From assembly GCA_964478695.1 (NCBI GenBank), contig CAYZIP010000003.1:4143-68142 (forward strand): a stretch of DNA of 64,000 nucleotides, read 5' to 3'. The stretch is from an uncultured Candidatus Saccharibacteria bacterium (GTDB lineage: Bacteria > Patescibacteriota > Saccharimonadia > JAGOAT01 > CAYZIP01). The notes under the pieces were generated by a model. That model was not told the origin of the DNA and made no database searches. It saw only the letters and a list, made by a program, of their open reading frames with translations. The position numbers and the translations under genes were made by a program. Below are positions 48,052-57,193 of the stretch, in pieces. The first letter of the stretch is position 1. Each line of letters starts with the position of its first letter.

Positions 48052-48262
48052 TTTTAAGATCCCTTGAAGCTGTCTCAAAATAAAAAAATAAAACTTTGCT
48101 CTTACGGTATTTCCCCTTACAAGTAGCACTTCTAAATGGCATTAAAGCAAAATATTAAAACGCTAATGTTTTGAAAAAGCTTACATTATTATTGTACAAT
48201 ATAATTAACTTTGGTTGAGCGGCTCCAATAGAAATATAAAATAAATAATAATTTATAAAAAA

Positions 48263-50233
48263 ATGAAAATAAAATATCTTATTAAAAGATTACCCACAGT
48301 TTCGTTCTTTGTATTAGTGCTAATTATCACCATGTTACTACAGAGTATTTCTTGGTTTAAGAGCGAGACAAAAGCTGCTAAGCCCATACACCCTATAGGT
48401 AGCATAGTTATGGATCAAGACAATCAACAGTACTATATGATCTATAAGGATGGTAAAAAATCTATTAGCTCATTAAAGAAGCGGGAATCATTTATTGGGC
48501 TACGAAGTTTTATGATGACTGAAGCAGAAAAAGAATTACCGGTGCTATCAGAAACATCATGGCCAGTAGGAACAAAGATATTGGAGCTACAAACTAGAAG
48601 GATATGGTATGTGGGCCTAGAGAATGGCAAGCCTAGGAGAATGGCTTTTAGATCTTTGTCTGATTATTTAAAACAAGGATTTAAAATAGAAGAGCTGGTT
48701 CAAGTAGACCCTAAGGAAATTAATCTAGATTTATCGTCGACTATTATCACAGAAGATAAAGTATTGTTCGGGGGAAGATTAATATCTAACCAAGGAAAGT
48801 TTTATCTATATCTGGATGATGGTTTTCATCCCTTTATCAATGAAATGGCCATGCAAAGCTGGGGCTTTAGGGCGGAGGATGCTAAAGTACTTAGCGCTAT
48901 AGATAAAGCTAAAATAAAGAATCAGATCAATTATAGAATTGGATCATACTTAAAAGGATCTGGAGATCAATTCTACACCTTGACAGGAGATAGTCCTGAT
49001 AATATATTTGCTAATGTTAAAAAAAGTGCTTTTGCTTCTGTGGGAGTTTGGAAATCTATGGGTATTAATGAAAGTGATTTTCTGCAAGTGGCAGATAATC
49101 TATTGCCTAGCGAAAATGATCAAGTCATAGAATTTGATTTTTTAAACAAGAAACCACAAGCCCCTACGGCCGTGATAGACATTAATAGATCCAAGGGGAG
49201 TAATATTCTGTCTGTAGATTTTGATGCTAGTGGCAGCATAGATCCGGATGGAGAGATAGCACATTATTCTTGGAGATTTGATGATGGAGAAGTGGTTTCT
49301 AATCAAAAGAGAGTGAATCGTATTTATACAGATAAAGGCAAGCATCAAGTGGTTTTAGAAGTTTGGGACAATGATGGTCTGCATGCCAAAAGCGAAGTTA
49401 GTATAGACCTTGTCGATACTCAGCTATCTACTCAAAGCACAGTTATGCTGGCTAGTGATATAAAAAATATAGACCAGTATCTGAGCATAGGACCCAAAGC
49501 TATAAATATTATTTTTGATATTAATAGTGAATATATTGCTTCTAATTGGTCAGAGGCTTTAAATAAAATTAAGAGTAAGGGGAGTAGTGTGGTGCTAACT
49601 CCGGTGCTAAATACAAATCTACCATTCTCTTTAAGTAAATGCTCTAACTGTTCTAGATTAAACACCAAGGCTTTAATCAGATTAATGAAGAATATTACTG
49701 ATGATATGGACCAAAAACAGATCCCTTATTTAGTTGAATTTATAAATAGGGCAGATGCCAACTGGAGTCTTGCTTCTAATGGCCTAGGAGAAAGTTATAA
49801 TCCTTTAGGGTACAAATTGACTACAGATGGAGGAGATATCATTCAGAAAATAGTAATAGACCGAGATGATATTAGCCAGTACCAAGATGCTTTTAAGGGG
49901 CATTTTAGTTCAGGAGGAGTATTCTTAGGAGGAGCTGACAGTAAAAATAGAACAGTTTGGGGTAAAGCCATGCTATCGGCTGATGTAGTACATTTGCATT
50001 ACAGCTATGATCCCAGTAAAGATACTACCCAAGCTTTAGAGGCGATCAATAAACAAAAAGATCTGTGGACCAAGGCTGGTTTTAAGGGCCAGTTTATACT
50101 GACTATATATCCTTCTGTTATGGGGAGTAGTGATTATGCTAATGCAGTAGGAGTCACTAGTCTTAGTAAAGAGATATCTACAAATTACAGCAGTATTTTT
50201 AAATATACTTTTGGGCTTACTGTTTATCCATAA
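48263..50233 (+). CDS. Membrane-anchored PKD-domain-containing protein.
   Basis: An N-terminal TM segment. The PKD signature is HYSWRFDDGEVVS...HQVVLEVWDNDG. Confidence 0.5.
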   Translation: MKIKYLIKRLPTVSFFVLVLIITMLLQSISWFKSETKAAKPIHPIGSIVMDQDNQQYYMIYKDGKKSISSLKKRESFIGLRSFMMTEAEKELPVLSETSWPVGTKILELQTRRIWYVGLENGKPRRMAFRSLSDYLKQGFKIEELVQVDPKEINLDLSSTIITEDKVLFGGRLISNQGKFYLYLDDGFHPFINEMAMQSWGFRAEDAKVLSAIDKAKIKNQINYRIGSYLKGSGDQFYTLTGDSPDNIFANVKKSAFASVGVWKSMGINESDFLQVADNLLPSENDQVIEFDFLNKKPQAPTAVIDINRSKGSNILSVDFDASGSIDPDGEIAHYSWRFDDGEVVSNQKRVNRIYTDKGKHQVVLEVWDNDGLHAKSEVSIDLVDTQLSTQSTVMLASDIKNIDQYLSIGPKAINIIFDINSEYIASNWSEALNKIKSKGSSVVLTPVLNTNLPFSLSKCSNCSRLNTKALIRLMKNITDDMDQKQIPYLVEFINRADANWSLASNGLGESYNPLGYKLTTDGGDIIQKIVIDRDDISQYQDAFKGHFSSGGVFLGGADSKNRTVWGKAMLSADVVHLHYSYDPSKDTTQALEAINKQKDLWTKAGFKGQFILTIYPSVMGSSDYANAVGVTSLSKEISTNYSSIFKYTFGLTVYP

Positions 50234-50332
50234 ATTGTTTTTGTCACATTTTTATATAGGCTATATGTTCTTTTTAAGTCTTTGATTAGAAGTAAAATTG
50301 CTTTTGCTTAACTTAAGTTTTACAATAAATGT

Positions 50333-52348
50333 ATGGTTAATATTATTATAAAAAAATCTGTATCTCCAAAATCATTAAACCAAAAAGAAGAGCTAAAGTC
50401 TCTTAACAAAACTAATAAAGTAAAAGTAAATGTTGGCAGTAGTACAGTAATGAGTTCTTCTATCCGACCTCAGGTCAAAACAGCCGTTAAAAGCAGTATT
50501 AATACTACTAAAACAGCTAAAACTGATAATGACTTTATGGTTTTTCGAGACCTTAATAATAAAGCCGTGAGGCAATCAAAACAGTTGTCTGAGCAATCTA
50601 AGCTTAAAGATAACGTCAATCAAAAACAGACATCAGTGCACAGCAAGGGTGATATTTTAAATACTAATCATTCTACTAGTATTAGTAAAGATATTTTGCA
50701 TCCTAAGACTATAGTTAAGGAATTAGGATATATTATCAAAGGCGATATCACTTCTGACAGTAAAAGCACAGAATATTTCTCAACAGATGGTAGTATATTT
50801 AAAATCAAACCCACGATTGTGATGTACCCAAAGAATGAAATGGATGTGGTCAAGGCTGTTTCTTATGTGGCCAGCAAGGCTTTAAATGGTCAGATTATCC
50901 CTATTACAGCCAGAGGTAAGGGGACAGATCAGGGCGGAGGAGCTTTAAGCGAAGGTATGTTGATGGTGTTCCCTGGATATATGGATCAAGTATTAGCTTT
51001 AGGGAAAAATAGTATTACCATGCAGCCAGGCACAAATTATCAAGTTTTGCAAAATGTACTCTATGCCCACAACCGTTTTCTGCCTCCATATCCAGCCAGC
51101 TTTCGCTATAGTACCATAGGTGGAGCTATCGGCAATGATTCGGCTGGAGAAAAAACAGCCAAATATGGTACCACCAGAGATTATGTCATTGCTATGAGAT
51201 CAGTTTTAAGCAATGGGGATATTATCACTACTCATCGTCTTGATAAAAAGGGTCTAAAAAGAAAAATGGCTCAAAATAATTTTGAGGGACATATATATAG
51301 AGGAATTAATCAGTTGATTGAAGATAATAAGGAGCTGATTCTAGCTACACAGCCCCTAGTCAGCAAGAATTCGGCTGGCTATGCCTTATGGGATGTTAAG
51401 AAAAAAGATGGGTCTTTTGACCTTGGTAAGCTATTGGTTGGCTCACAGTCCACTCTGGCTATCACCACAGAAGCTACACTAGAGCATGTTGAATTTAACC
51501 CCAATACTAAATTAATAGTAGCTTTCTTTGATGATAATCAAAAAATGACTAAAGCCGTGGCTGATATTATGCCTTTACGGCCTAGTGCTGTGGAGATAGT
51601 GGACTATCATTTATTGGATATGATAGATGATCATTACCCCAATCAATTAGAAGCAATAGTTCAAAAACAGATGGATGGACAAAACCCTCGCTCTGTTTTA
51701 TTAATAGAGTTCGATGACAATAAATCTAGAACACAGAATAGAAAAGCGCATATGGCCAGCAAAATCATCAGACAAAAAGCCTACAGTTGGCAGACTGTTG
51801 ACGATTTAGATGAGCAAGATCAATATTGGAAGATTAGGCGAGGAGCAGCAGCCACTATTTGGATGATGGATTCCAGCAGTAAGGCCTTGCCCATCATAGA
51901 AGATGCCATTGTTCCATTAAAGCACATGCCTACATTTTTGCAAGAAGTATATAAACTCTTTAAAGCCAGAGGGATCAGGCATGCTATGTGGGGGCATGGT
52001 GGTGACGCCAATTTTCATATACAGCCATTCTTTGATTTGTCAAAAGAAGAGGACAGAAAAATGATATATGACTTGCAGGATGATTTTTATAAAATAGTTT
52101 TTAAATACGGTGGTAGTACTTGCGGAGAACACAATGACGGGATTTTGAGGGGCAAATATCTACCTGGTATGTATGGTTCAGAAATGGTCAAGGTTTTTAA
52201 GGAAGTTAAAAGACTATTTGATCCTTTGAATATCCTTAATCCACTATCTAAGATAGGATCAATAGACCTAGACTCTAGGCAATTCTTAAGACGAGAATAT
52301 AGCATGCCGCATTTATTAGACTATATGCCGCATTTTGGTCGACATTAA
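50333..52348 (+). CDS. FAD-binding oxidoreductase (FAD_binding_4, GlcD/D-lactate dehydrogenase-like) with an N-terminal S/T/K/N-rich low-complexity extension of about 150 aa.
   Basis: ARGKGTDQGGGA...GTNYQVLQNVL...TIGGAIGNDSAGEK. Confidence 0.7.
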   Translation: MVNIIIKKSVSPKSLNQKEELKSLNKTNKVKVNVGSSTVMSSSIRPQVKTAVKSSINTTKTAKTDNDFMVFRDLNNKAVRQSKQLSEQSKLKDNVNQKQTSVHSKGDILNTNHSTSISKDILHPKTIVKELGYIIKGDITSDSKSTEYFSTDGSIFKIKPTIVMYPKNEMDVVKAVSYVASKALNGQIIPITARGKGTDQGGGALSEGMLMVFPGYMDQVLALGKNSITMQPGTNYQVLQNVLYAHNRFLPPYPASFRYSTIGGAIGNDSAGEKTAKYGTTRDYVIAMRSVLSNGDIITTHRLDKKGLKRKMAQNNFEGHIYRGINQLIEDNKELILATQPLVSKNSAGYALWDVKKKDGSFDLGKLLVGSQSTLAITTEATLEHVEFNPNTKLIVAFFDDNQKMTKAVADIMPLRPSAVEIVDYHLLDMIDDHYPNQLEAIVQKQMDGQNPRSVLLIEFDDNKSRTQNRKAHMASKIIRQKAYSWQTVDDLDEQDQYWKIRRGAAATIWMMDSSSKALPIIEDAIVPLKHMPTFLQEVYKLFKARGIRHAMWGHGGDANFHIQPFFDLSKEEDRKMIYDLQDDFYKIVFKYGGSTCGEHNDGILRGKYLPGMYGSEMVKVFKEVKRLFDPLNILNPLSKIGSIDLDSRQFLRREYSMPHLLDYMPHFGRH

Positions 52349-52393
52349 TAATAGTCCTGCAAAATTCTCATAGAAATTGGTTATAATATAAAG

Positions 52394-53986
52394 ATGCATT
52401 GGGGAAAAATATTAGCAGATAAAGTATTAGACAATTTTGGCGATCAAGACATATACACCACAGCAGCCGGAATTAGCCCCTCGGGAATCATTCATTTTGG
52501 TAATTTAAGAGATATTATCACTGCTTATGTGGTGTCCGAGGCCCTAAAAGCAAAAGGTAAAAAAGCTCGTTTAATATTTTCATGGGATGATTTTGATAGA
52601 TTCCGTAAAGTCCCTGCTAATATTGACCCTAGTTTTGAGCAATATATAGGCCTGCCTTTAGTAGATGTACCTTGTCCTGATGGCAAGTATAGCTCTTATG
52701 CTCATAAATTCGAGTCTGAATTTGAGAAATCTTTACTAACCATGGGCATAGAAACAGAATATCGTTATCAGAGTCAAAAATATCGGGCTGGAGATTATGA
52801 CCAAATGATCATTGATAATATGCGTAGTAGACTAAAGATAGCTGACATATTACTGTCTATGATGTCTGATAAAGCTAAGGCCGCTAAGAATATTGATATT
52901 AAGCAATATAGAGAGAATTATTATCCCATTAGTATTTACTCACGCTTTAGCGGCAAAGATAAAACCAAAGTTTTAAGTTATGATGATGGCTCCAAGGTTA
53001 CTTACCTTTGCTTAGAAACCAATAAGCAGGATACCATTGATCTAAAAAAAGATAGAGTGGTAAAGCTAGGATGGAAAGTGGATTGGCCTATGCGCTGGGG
53101 CTATGAAGGAGTTGTTTTTGAGCCAGGTGGCCATGATCACGCCTCTCCTGGCAGTAGTTTTGATACATCCAGTCGTATTGCCAAAGAGGCCATGGGGCTA
53201 ACTCCTCCCTTATTGCAAGAATATAAGTTCGTGGGGCTACAAGGCCTTGGTGCCAAAATGTCAGGATCAAAAGGAGGGGCCGTCTCTCCTAGTGAATTAT
53301 TAGATATATATACTCCAGAGATGCTCAAATGGCTATATATTGGCAAGGCTCCCAACCAATCTTTTGAGCTCTCTTTTGGCAAGGAAATATTTAGACAATA
53401 CAATGACTTTGATCAAGCTATATTAGAATTTAAAGAAGCAAAGACAGCAGACGATATTAGAGATTTCACCATATCATTGGCCGGGGCTAATCATATTGAT
53501 GGGAGTAAGCAGGTGTCATTTAGGCAGCTGTTAGGACTGGGGCAAATAGTGAGCTGGGATCTTGATAAGCTGATGGAGGTTTTAGATAAGGTAGATATTA
53601 AGTATGATCCAAAATCACTTAAAGCCAGAATGGCTAGGGTTCGCAATTGGCTAGATAAATATAATCAACAGGAAAAGATTGTTTTAATGGATTCTGTTAA
53701 CAAAGAATATGTCACAGGTCTAAGTATTAGAGCTAGGAATGATGTCTTGCATTTGAGAGATTATCTGGCACAAAATCAGTCTGCTTCTATGATAGAGATA
53801 GAAGAGCTACTATATGCTATTCCAAAAACAGATGGATTGAGTGAACAAGAGCTCAAGGGGGCTCAGAAGCAATTCTTTGTAGATGTATACAATTTATTGA
53901 TTAATAAAGATGCCGGGCCTAGGCTAGCTACTTTTTTATGGGCTGCTGACAGGGGCAAAATATTGTCTTGTCTATCGATTGATTAG
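52394..53986 (+). CDS. lysK: Class I lysyl-tRNA synthetase.
   Basis: HWGKILADK...AAGISPSGIIHFGNLRDII...RLIFSWDDFDRFRKVP closely matches spirochaete and archaeal class I LysRS. KMSGSKG is the KMSKS motif. Confidence 0.8.
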   Translation: MHWGKILADKVLDNFGDQDIYTTAAGISPSGIIHFGNLRDIITAYVVSEALKAKGKKARLIFSWDDFDRFRKVPANIDPSFEQYIGLPLVDVPCPDGKYSSYAHKFESEFEKSLLTMGIETEYRYQSQKYRAGDYDQMIIDNMRSRLKIADILLSMMSDKAKAAKNIDIKQYRENYYPISIYSRFSGKDKTKVLSYDDGSKVTYLCLETNKQDTIDLKKDRVVKLGWKVDWPMRWGYEGVVFEPGGHDHASPGSSFDTSSRIAKEAMGLTPPLLQEYKFVGLQGLGAKMSGSKGGAVSPSELLDIYTPEMLKWLYIGKAPNQSFELSFGKEIFRQYNDFDQAILEFKEAKTADDIRDFTISLAGANHIDGSKQVSFRQLLGLGQIVSWDLDKLMEVLDKVDIKYDPKSLKARMARVRNWLDKYNQQEKIVLMDSVNKEYVTGLSIRARNDVLHLRDYLAQNQSASMIEIEELLYAIPKTDGLSEQELKGAQKQFFVDVYNLLINKDAGPRLATFLWAADRGKILSCLSID

Positions 53987-54071
53987 ATAGCTGATGATAT
54001 TAGCCATTCAAAACATCTTAAGTTTAAATTATTTTTAGGCTATAATATTAAGAAGATAATAGAAGATATAA

Positions 54072-54161
54072 GCGGATGTGGTGGAATGGTAGACACGCTA
54101 GCTTGAGGTGCTAGTGCTTTATTTTAAGAGCGTGAAGGTTCAACTCCTTTCATCCGCACCA
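54072..54161 (+). tRNA. tRNA-Leu (anticodon GAG).
   Basis: GCGGATGTGGTGGAATGGTAGACACGCTAGCTTGAGGTGCTAG...GAAGGTTCAACTCCTTTCATCCGCACCA. The 5' 33 nt are identical to the CAG isoacceptor. Confidence 0.85.
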
Positions 54162-54183
54162 AATCCATAGGGAGAATATATAG

Positions 54184-54915
54184 GTGGATAAAAAACAAGT
54201 TTTAGGTAATATAAACCAAATATTTAAAGCTATTTTTGGGGTAGAGGGCAATTTTGCTGATCCTGATATATTTAAAAAGGTTTATGCCGCTGATTTATCA
54301 GCTCTACCTCATCAAAGCATATGTGATGACAATAAAGAGCCCACCACTGTTCGAGCCAGCGATAGTGGATTCAAGGCTTTATCCAGTAGTGCTATAGATG
54401 AGCGTTTTATGAAAGATCAATTCATAGAACCAACGCGCAAAATCAGTGACCTGGATGATTTATTTACTGCTTTTGATAAGATTTCTACCCGCAGGGGAGA
54501 TGCGAATATTAATAGTAATTATGTGACCGATTCAACCAATGTCCATAATAGTAGTTTTGTGTTTGGCTCACAGGGGGTTAGCCAGAGTCAGCATGTATAT
54601 TATAGCTATGGGATAGAAGAGAGCGAATTTATAGCTGCTAGCAGTGATGTTTTTAATAGTCAGTATTGTATCAGAGCTACGGGGGTTAATAATTGCCGGC
54701 TCAGTTTTGCTATAGATTTCAGCTCCAAAATAGATAATAGCTTTTTTATTCATAATGGACTTAATTTAACAGATTGTATGTTTTCACATCATATCGTTGA
54801 GAGACAGTATTGTATAGCAAATATGCAGTATGAGCCTGATGAATATATTAAGATCAAACAATTAGTATTTAACAATTGGCCAGCTATTGTTAAAAAATAT
54901 GTATTAAAGATATAG
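54184..54915 (+). CDS. Hypothetical protein with a GTG start.
   Basis: A 243-aa ORF with no motif I recognise. Confidence 0.35.
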   Translation: MDKKQVLGNINQIFKAIFGVEGNFADPDIFKKVYAADLSALPHQSICDDNKEPTTVRASDSGFKALSSSAIDERFMKDQFIEPTRKISDLDDLFTAFDKISTRRGDANINSNYVTDSTNVHNSSFVFGSQGVSQSQHVYYSYGIEESEFIAASSDVFNSQYCIRATGVNNCRLSFAIDFSSKIDNSFFIHNGLNLTDCMFSHHIVERQYCIANMQYEPDEYIKIKQLVFNNWPAIVKKYVLKI

Positions 54916-54968
54916 GTTTTTGTCCGAATTATTTTTATAAATACAAATATTGAAGTACGAATATTTTT

Positions 54969-55055
54969 TGGTGGGCAAGGAGGGACTCGAACCCTCAAGC
55001 CATAAAGTGGCATTGGATTTTAAGTCCAACGTGTATACCATTCCACCACTTGCCC
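54969..55055 (-). tRNA. tRNA-Leu (anticodon UAA).
   Basis: The reverse complement is GGGCAAGTGGTGGAATGGTATACACGTTGGACTTAAAATCCAATG...GAGGGTTCGAGTCCCTCCTTGCCCACCA. Confidence 0.85.
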
Positions 55056-55068
55056 TTATATATTATTG

Positions 55069-55142
55069 TGGAGGTCTGTAGCGGGATCGAACCGCTGTAG
55101 AAGGTTTTGCAGACCTTTGCCTAACCACTCGGCCAACAGACC
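55069..55142 (-). tRNA. tRNA-Cys (anticodon GCA).
   Basis: The reverse complement is GGTCTGTTGGCCGAGTGGTTAGGCAAAGGTCTGCAAAACCTTCTACAGCGGTTCGATCCCGCTACAGACCTCCA. Confidence 0.85.
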
Positions 55143-55305
55143 ATCTATTCTTGATAACAGACTTTTATAAATAAAGTGCTCTGCTTAAAGCATTTTTCAA
55201 AATACTTATCTACTAATATGTATTATACATTCTCATTCTAACCAGGTCTAGTAAATATAATCAGGTTTTTGTTAAAATACTTTTATCCCTTAATGTTATC
55301 CTTAT

Positions 55306-55381
55306 GGCGACTTAGCTCAGTTGGTAGAGCAGAGGCCTGAAGAGCCTTGTGTCGTTGGTTCGAATCCATCAGTCGCCACCA
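55306..55381 (+). tRNA. tRNA-Phe (anticodon GAA).
   Basis: GGCGACTTAGCTCAGTTGGTAGAGCAGAGGCCTGAAGAGCCTTGTGTCGTTGGTTCGAATCCATCAGTCGCCACCA. Confidence 0.85.
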
Positions 55382-57062
55382 TTTTATACATATGCGGGTG
55401 TAGCTCAGTTGATAGAGCGCTTCCTTGCCAAGGAAGAGGCCCCGAGTTTGAGTCTCGGTACCCGCACCATTCGCAACGTAGCGCCTGTAAAAGGGCGCTT
55501 TTTATCTGTTGTGGGCAGGTTTTAACCTTACCCAACTCGTTTCTAAAGCGTTTTGCGTTATTTTTAACTGGAATTAACCATTCATCTGGGGTAATAGTAA
55601 GTTTTCCGTCTAATAATACTGGGTTTTGACCGATTGCTAGCAGTATCTCTTTTTTGTCTGCAAACTCGCCATTTACGAACTTATTAGTTGCTCCTGTGAG
55701 TTTTAGGAACGTATCACTCATGAAGTCGTACCAGCTTTCAACTTTCTTTGCAGTATCAGCTTGCTTCTTATGAAGTTCTTTTAATTGACCTTTAAGCTTA
55801 CTGTTTTTAGAAACAAATGTTTCCTCATCTACAAGCCCACGAGTGGACATATCAAGTAAGCGGTCTAACTGGTTCTCAATATCTTGAATAGCTTTACTCT
55901 GCATTTCAATGGCATTATCACGCTCTGGCTTTTCTTCCTGTAGCATTTCGTTTAAAGCTTCCATGCTCCACTGATACAGTTGTGGCGATAGTTCGTATTC
56001 GTTTAGTAGCTTTTCGCATTGCTCATAAAGGTCATCTTCTTTTATCATCTTACGTTGACTACAGTTAATAGTGCTGCTCCTGCGAGTACAATGATAGTAA
56101 ACGTGCGTATTACTACCACCGTCTTTAAGCTTTCGCTCTTGGCTCTGTGCTGTAACCATACAGCCACACTCACCACAGCGTATAAGCCCTCTTAGAGCGA
56201 ACTGCCTACGTGTAGCGAACTTCTTAGCTGCCTTTGAGCCTAGAAGCGTCTGAATGCGGTCAAACTCCTCTTGAGTCATTAAAGGTGGGTAGTTTGCAGG
56301 ATACATTTTTTCAGGGTCATGTGGGTCTGGAACCCAGCCAGCGTACCTGACGTTATTAAACACTCTGTATAAAGAAGCTCTACCGAGTGGACCACCACCT
56401 CTCTTATTGTGCTTTAGCGTCCGATAGCCTTTTTCTTCATTTAACCACTTGAGTATAAGAGGAACACTATAGTTACCAGTCAACATCATATCTACGGCTT
56501 CTCTTAGTAGTGGAAAGCGCAACTCGTCTTTATATACTGTTTTCTTGATTCGGTCATTTAAGTAACCCTCTGGCGCACAGCCTGTTAATCCGCCATTCTT
56601 GCGCTTCTGCTCATTGCCACGCTTTACATCTTTGCTTAACTTGGCTGAAAAGTACTGTGATTGGCTCATAGTGAGCTGTAACATCATTATGCCTTCTGGG
56701 GAGTTATCAAAGGTGTAGTTAGCAAATGCTAGGTCTTTAATGATTCCACGTCTTATGCGATACGTAAGGGCTGCTGCGTCCTGTTCATTCCTGGACAGTC
56801 TGTCAGGGTGCCATGCCACTATTCCGTCAATCTCGCCTTTATCAAGCATTTCTATTATCTGCTTAAATACTGGTCGCTTGTCAGGCTCAAAAGCACTTTT
56901 GCTCTCGTCTAAGAACCTGACGATGTTTAATTTGGGGAAGCGTTCTTTGATTTTATTCTTTTGGGCTTCCTTTGATAGAACTTGTCGTTCTTCGTCTTCT
57001 GTAGATTTGCGTACATACGCAACGTATTTTAGGTTATTTAGTTTATTGTTTTCGTAATTCAT
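55317..57062 (-). CDS. Large serine recombinase 3. The C-terminal 60 aa or so are read-through across the terminator and across tRNA-Gly and tRNA-Phe on the opposite strand.
   Basis: YVAYVRKSTEDEERQ, VAWHPDRLSRN, a CGECGC zinc ribbon and a coiled coil. The tail ...DSNSGPLPWQGSALSTELHP... is a typical anti-tRNA translation. Confidence 0.75.
   Translation of the reverse strand: MNYENNKLNNLKYVAYVRKSTEDEERQVLSKEAQKNKIKERFPKLNIVRFLDESKSAFEPDKRPVFKQIIEMLDKGEIDGIVAWHPDRLSRNEQDAAALTYRIRRGIIKDLAFANYTFDNSPEGIMMLQLTMSQSQYFSAKLSKDVKRGNEQKRKNGGLTGCAPEGYLNDRIKKTVYKDELRFPLLREAVDMMLTGNYSVPLILKWLNEEKGYRTLKHNKRGGGPLGRASLYRVFNNVRYAGWVPDPHDPEKMYPANYPPLMTQEEFDRIQTLLGSKAAKKFATRRQFALRGLIRCGECGCMVTAQSQERKLKDGGSNTHVYYHCTRRSSTINCSQRKMIKEDDLYEQCEKLLNEYELSPQLYQWSMEALNEMLQEEKPERDNAIEMQSKAIQDIENQLDRLLDMSTRGLVDEETFVSKNSKLKGQLKELHKKQADTAKKVESWYDFMSDTFLKLTGATNKFVNGEFADKKEILLAIGQNPVLLDGKLTITPDEWLIPVKNNAKRFRNELGKVKTCPQQIKSALLQALRCEWCGYRDSNSGPLPWQGSALSTELHPHMYKMVATDGFEPTTQGSSGLCSTN
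55394..55469 (+). tRNA. tRNA-Gly (anticodon GCC).
   Basis: GCGGGTGTAGCTCAGTTGATAGAGCGCTTCCTTGCCAAGGAAGAGGCCCCGAGTTTGAGTCTCGGTACCCGCACCA. Confidence 0.9.
55479..55506 (+). terminator. Rho-independent terminator AGCGCCC-TGTAAAAG-GGGCGCT followed by TTTTAT, after the tRNA-Phe/tRNA-Gly pair.
   Basis: A GC stem followed by a T tract. Confidence 0.55.
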
Positions 57063-57193
57063 TTTTTAAATCCGTTCTTTAATCCGTATAGGCAGTTCCT
57101 AACTGTTATATGGACATTTATATTATAGTTTGTCAAAGTGGTTGGGTACAGGGTGTTATCTGGTGCGGTAAACACCCTGCGTCCTATTTTGTT

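Noticed and set aside
47753-48142. A 129-aa minus-strand ORF.
   Set aside because: It covers IR-B' and tRNA-Leu(CAG) and is a repeat or tRNA translation.
55321-55629. A 102-aa plus-strand ORF, MVEQRPEEPCVVGSNPSVATILYICGCSSVDRA....
   Set aside because: It is a translation of the tRNA-Phe and tRNA-Gly genes and the terminator.
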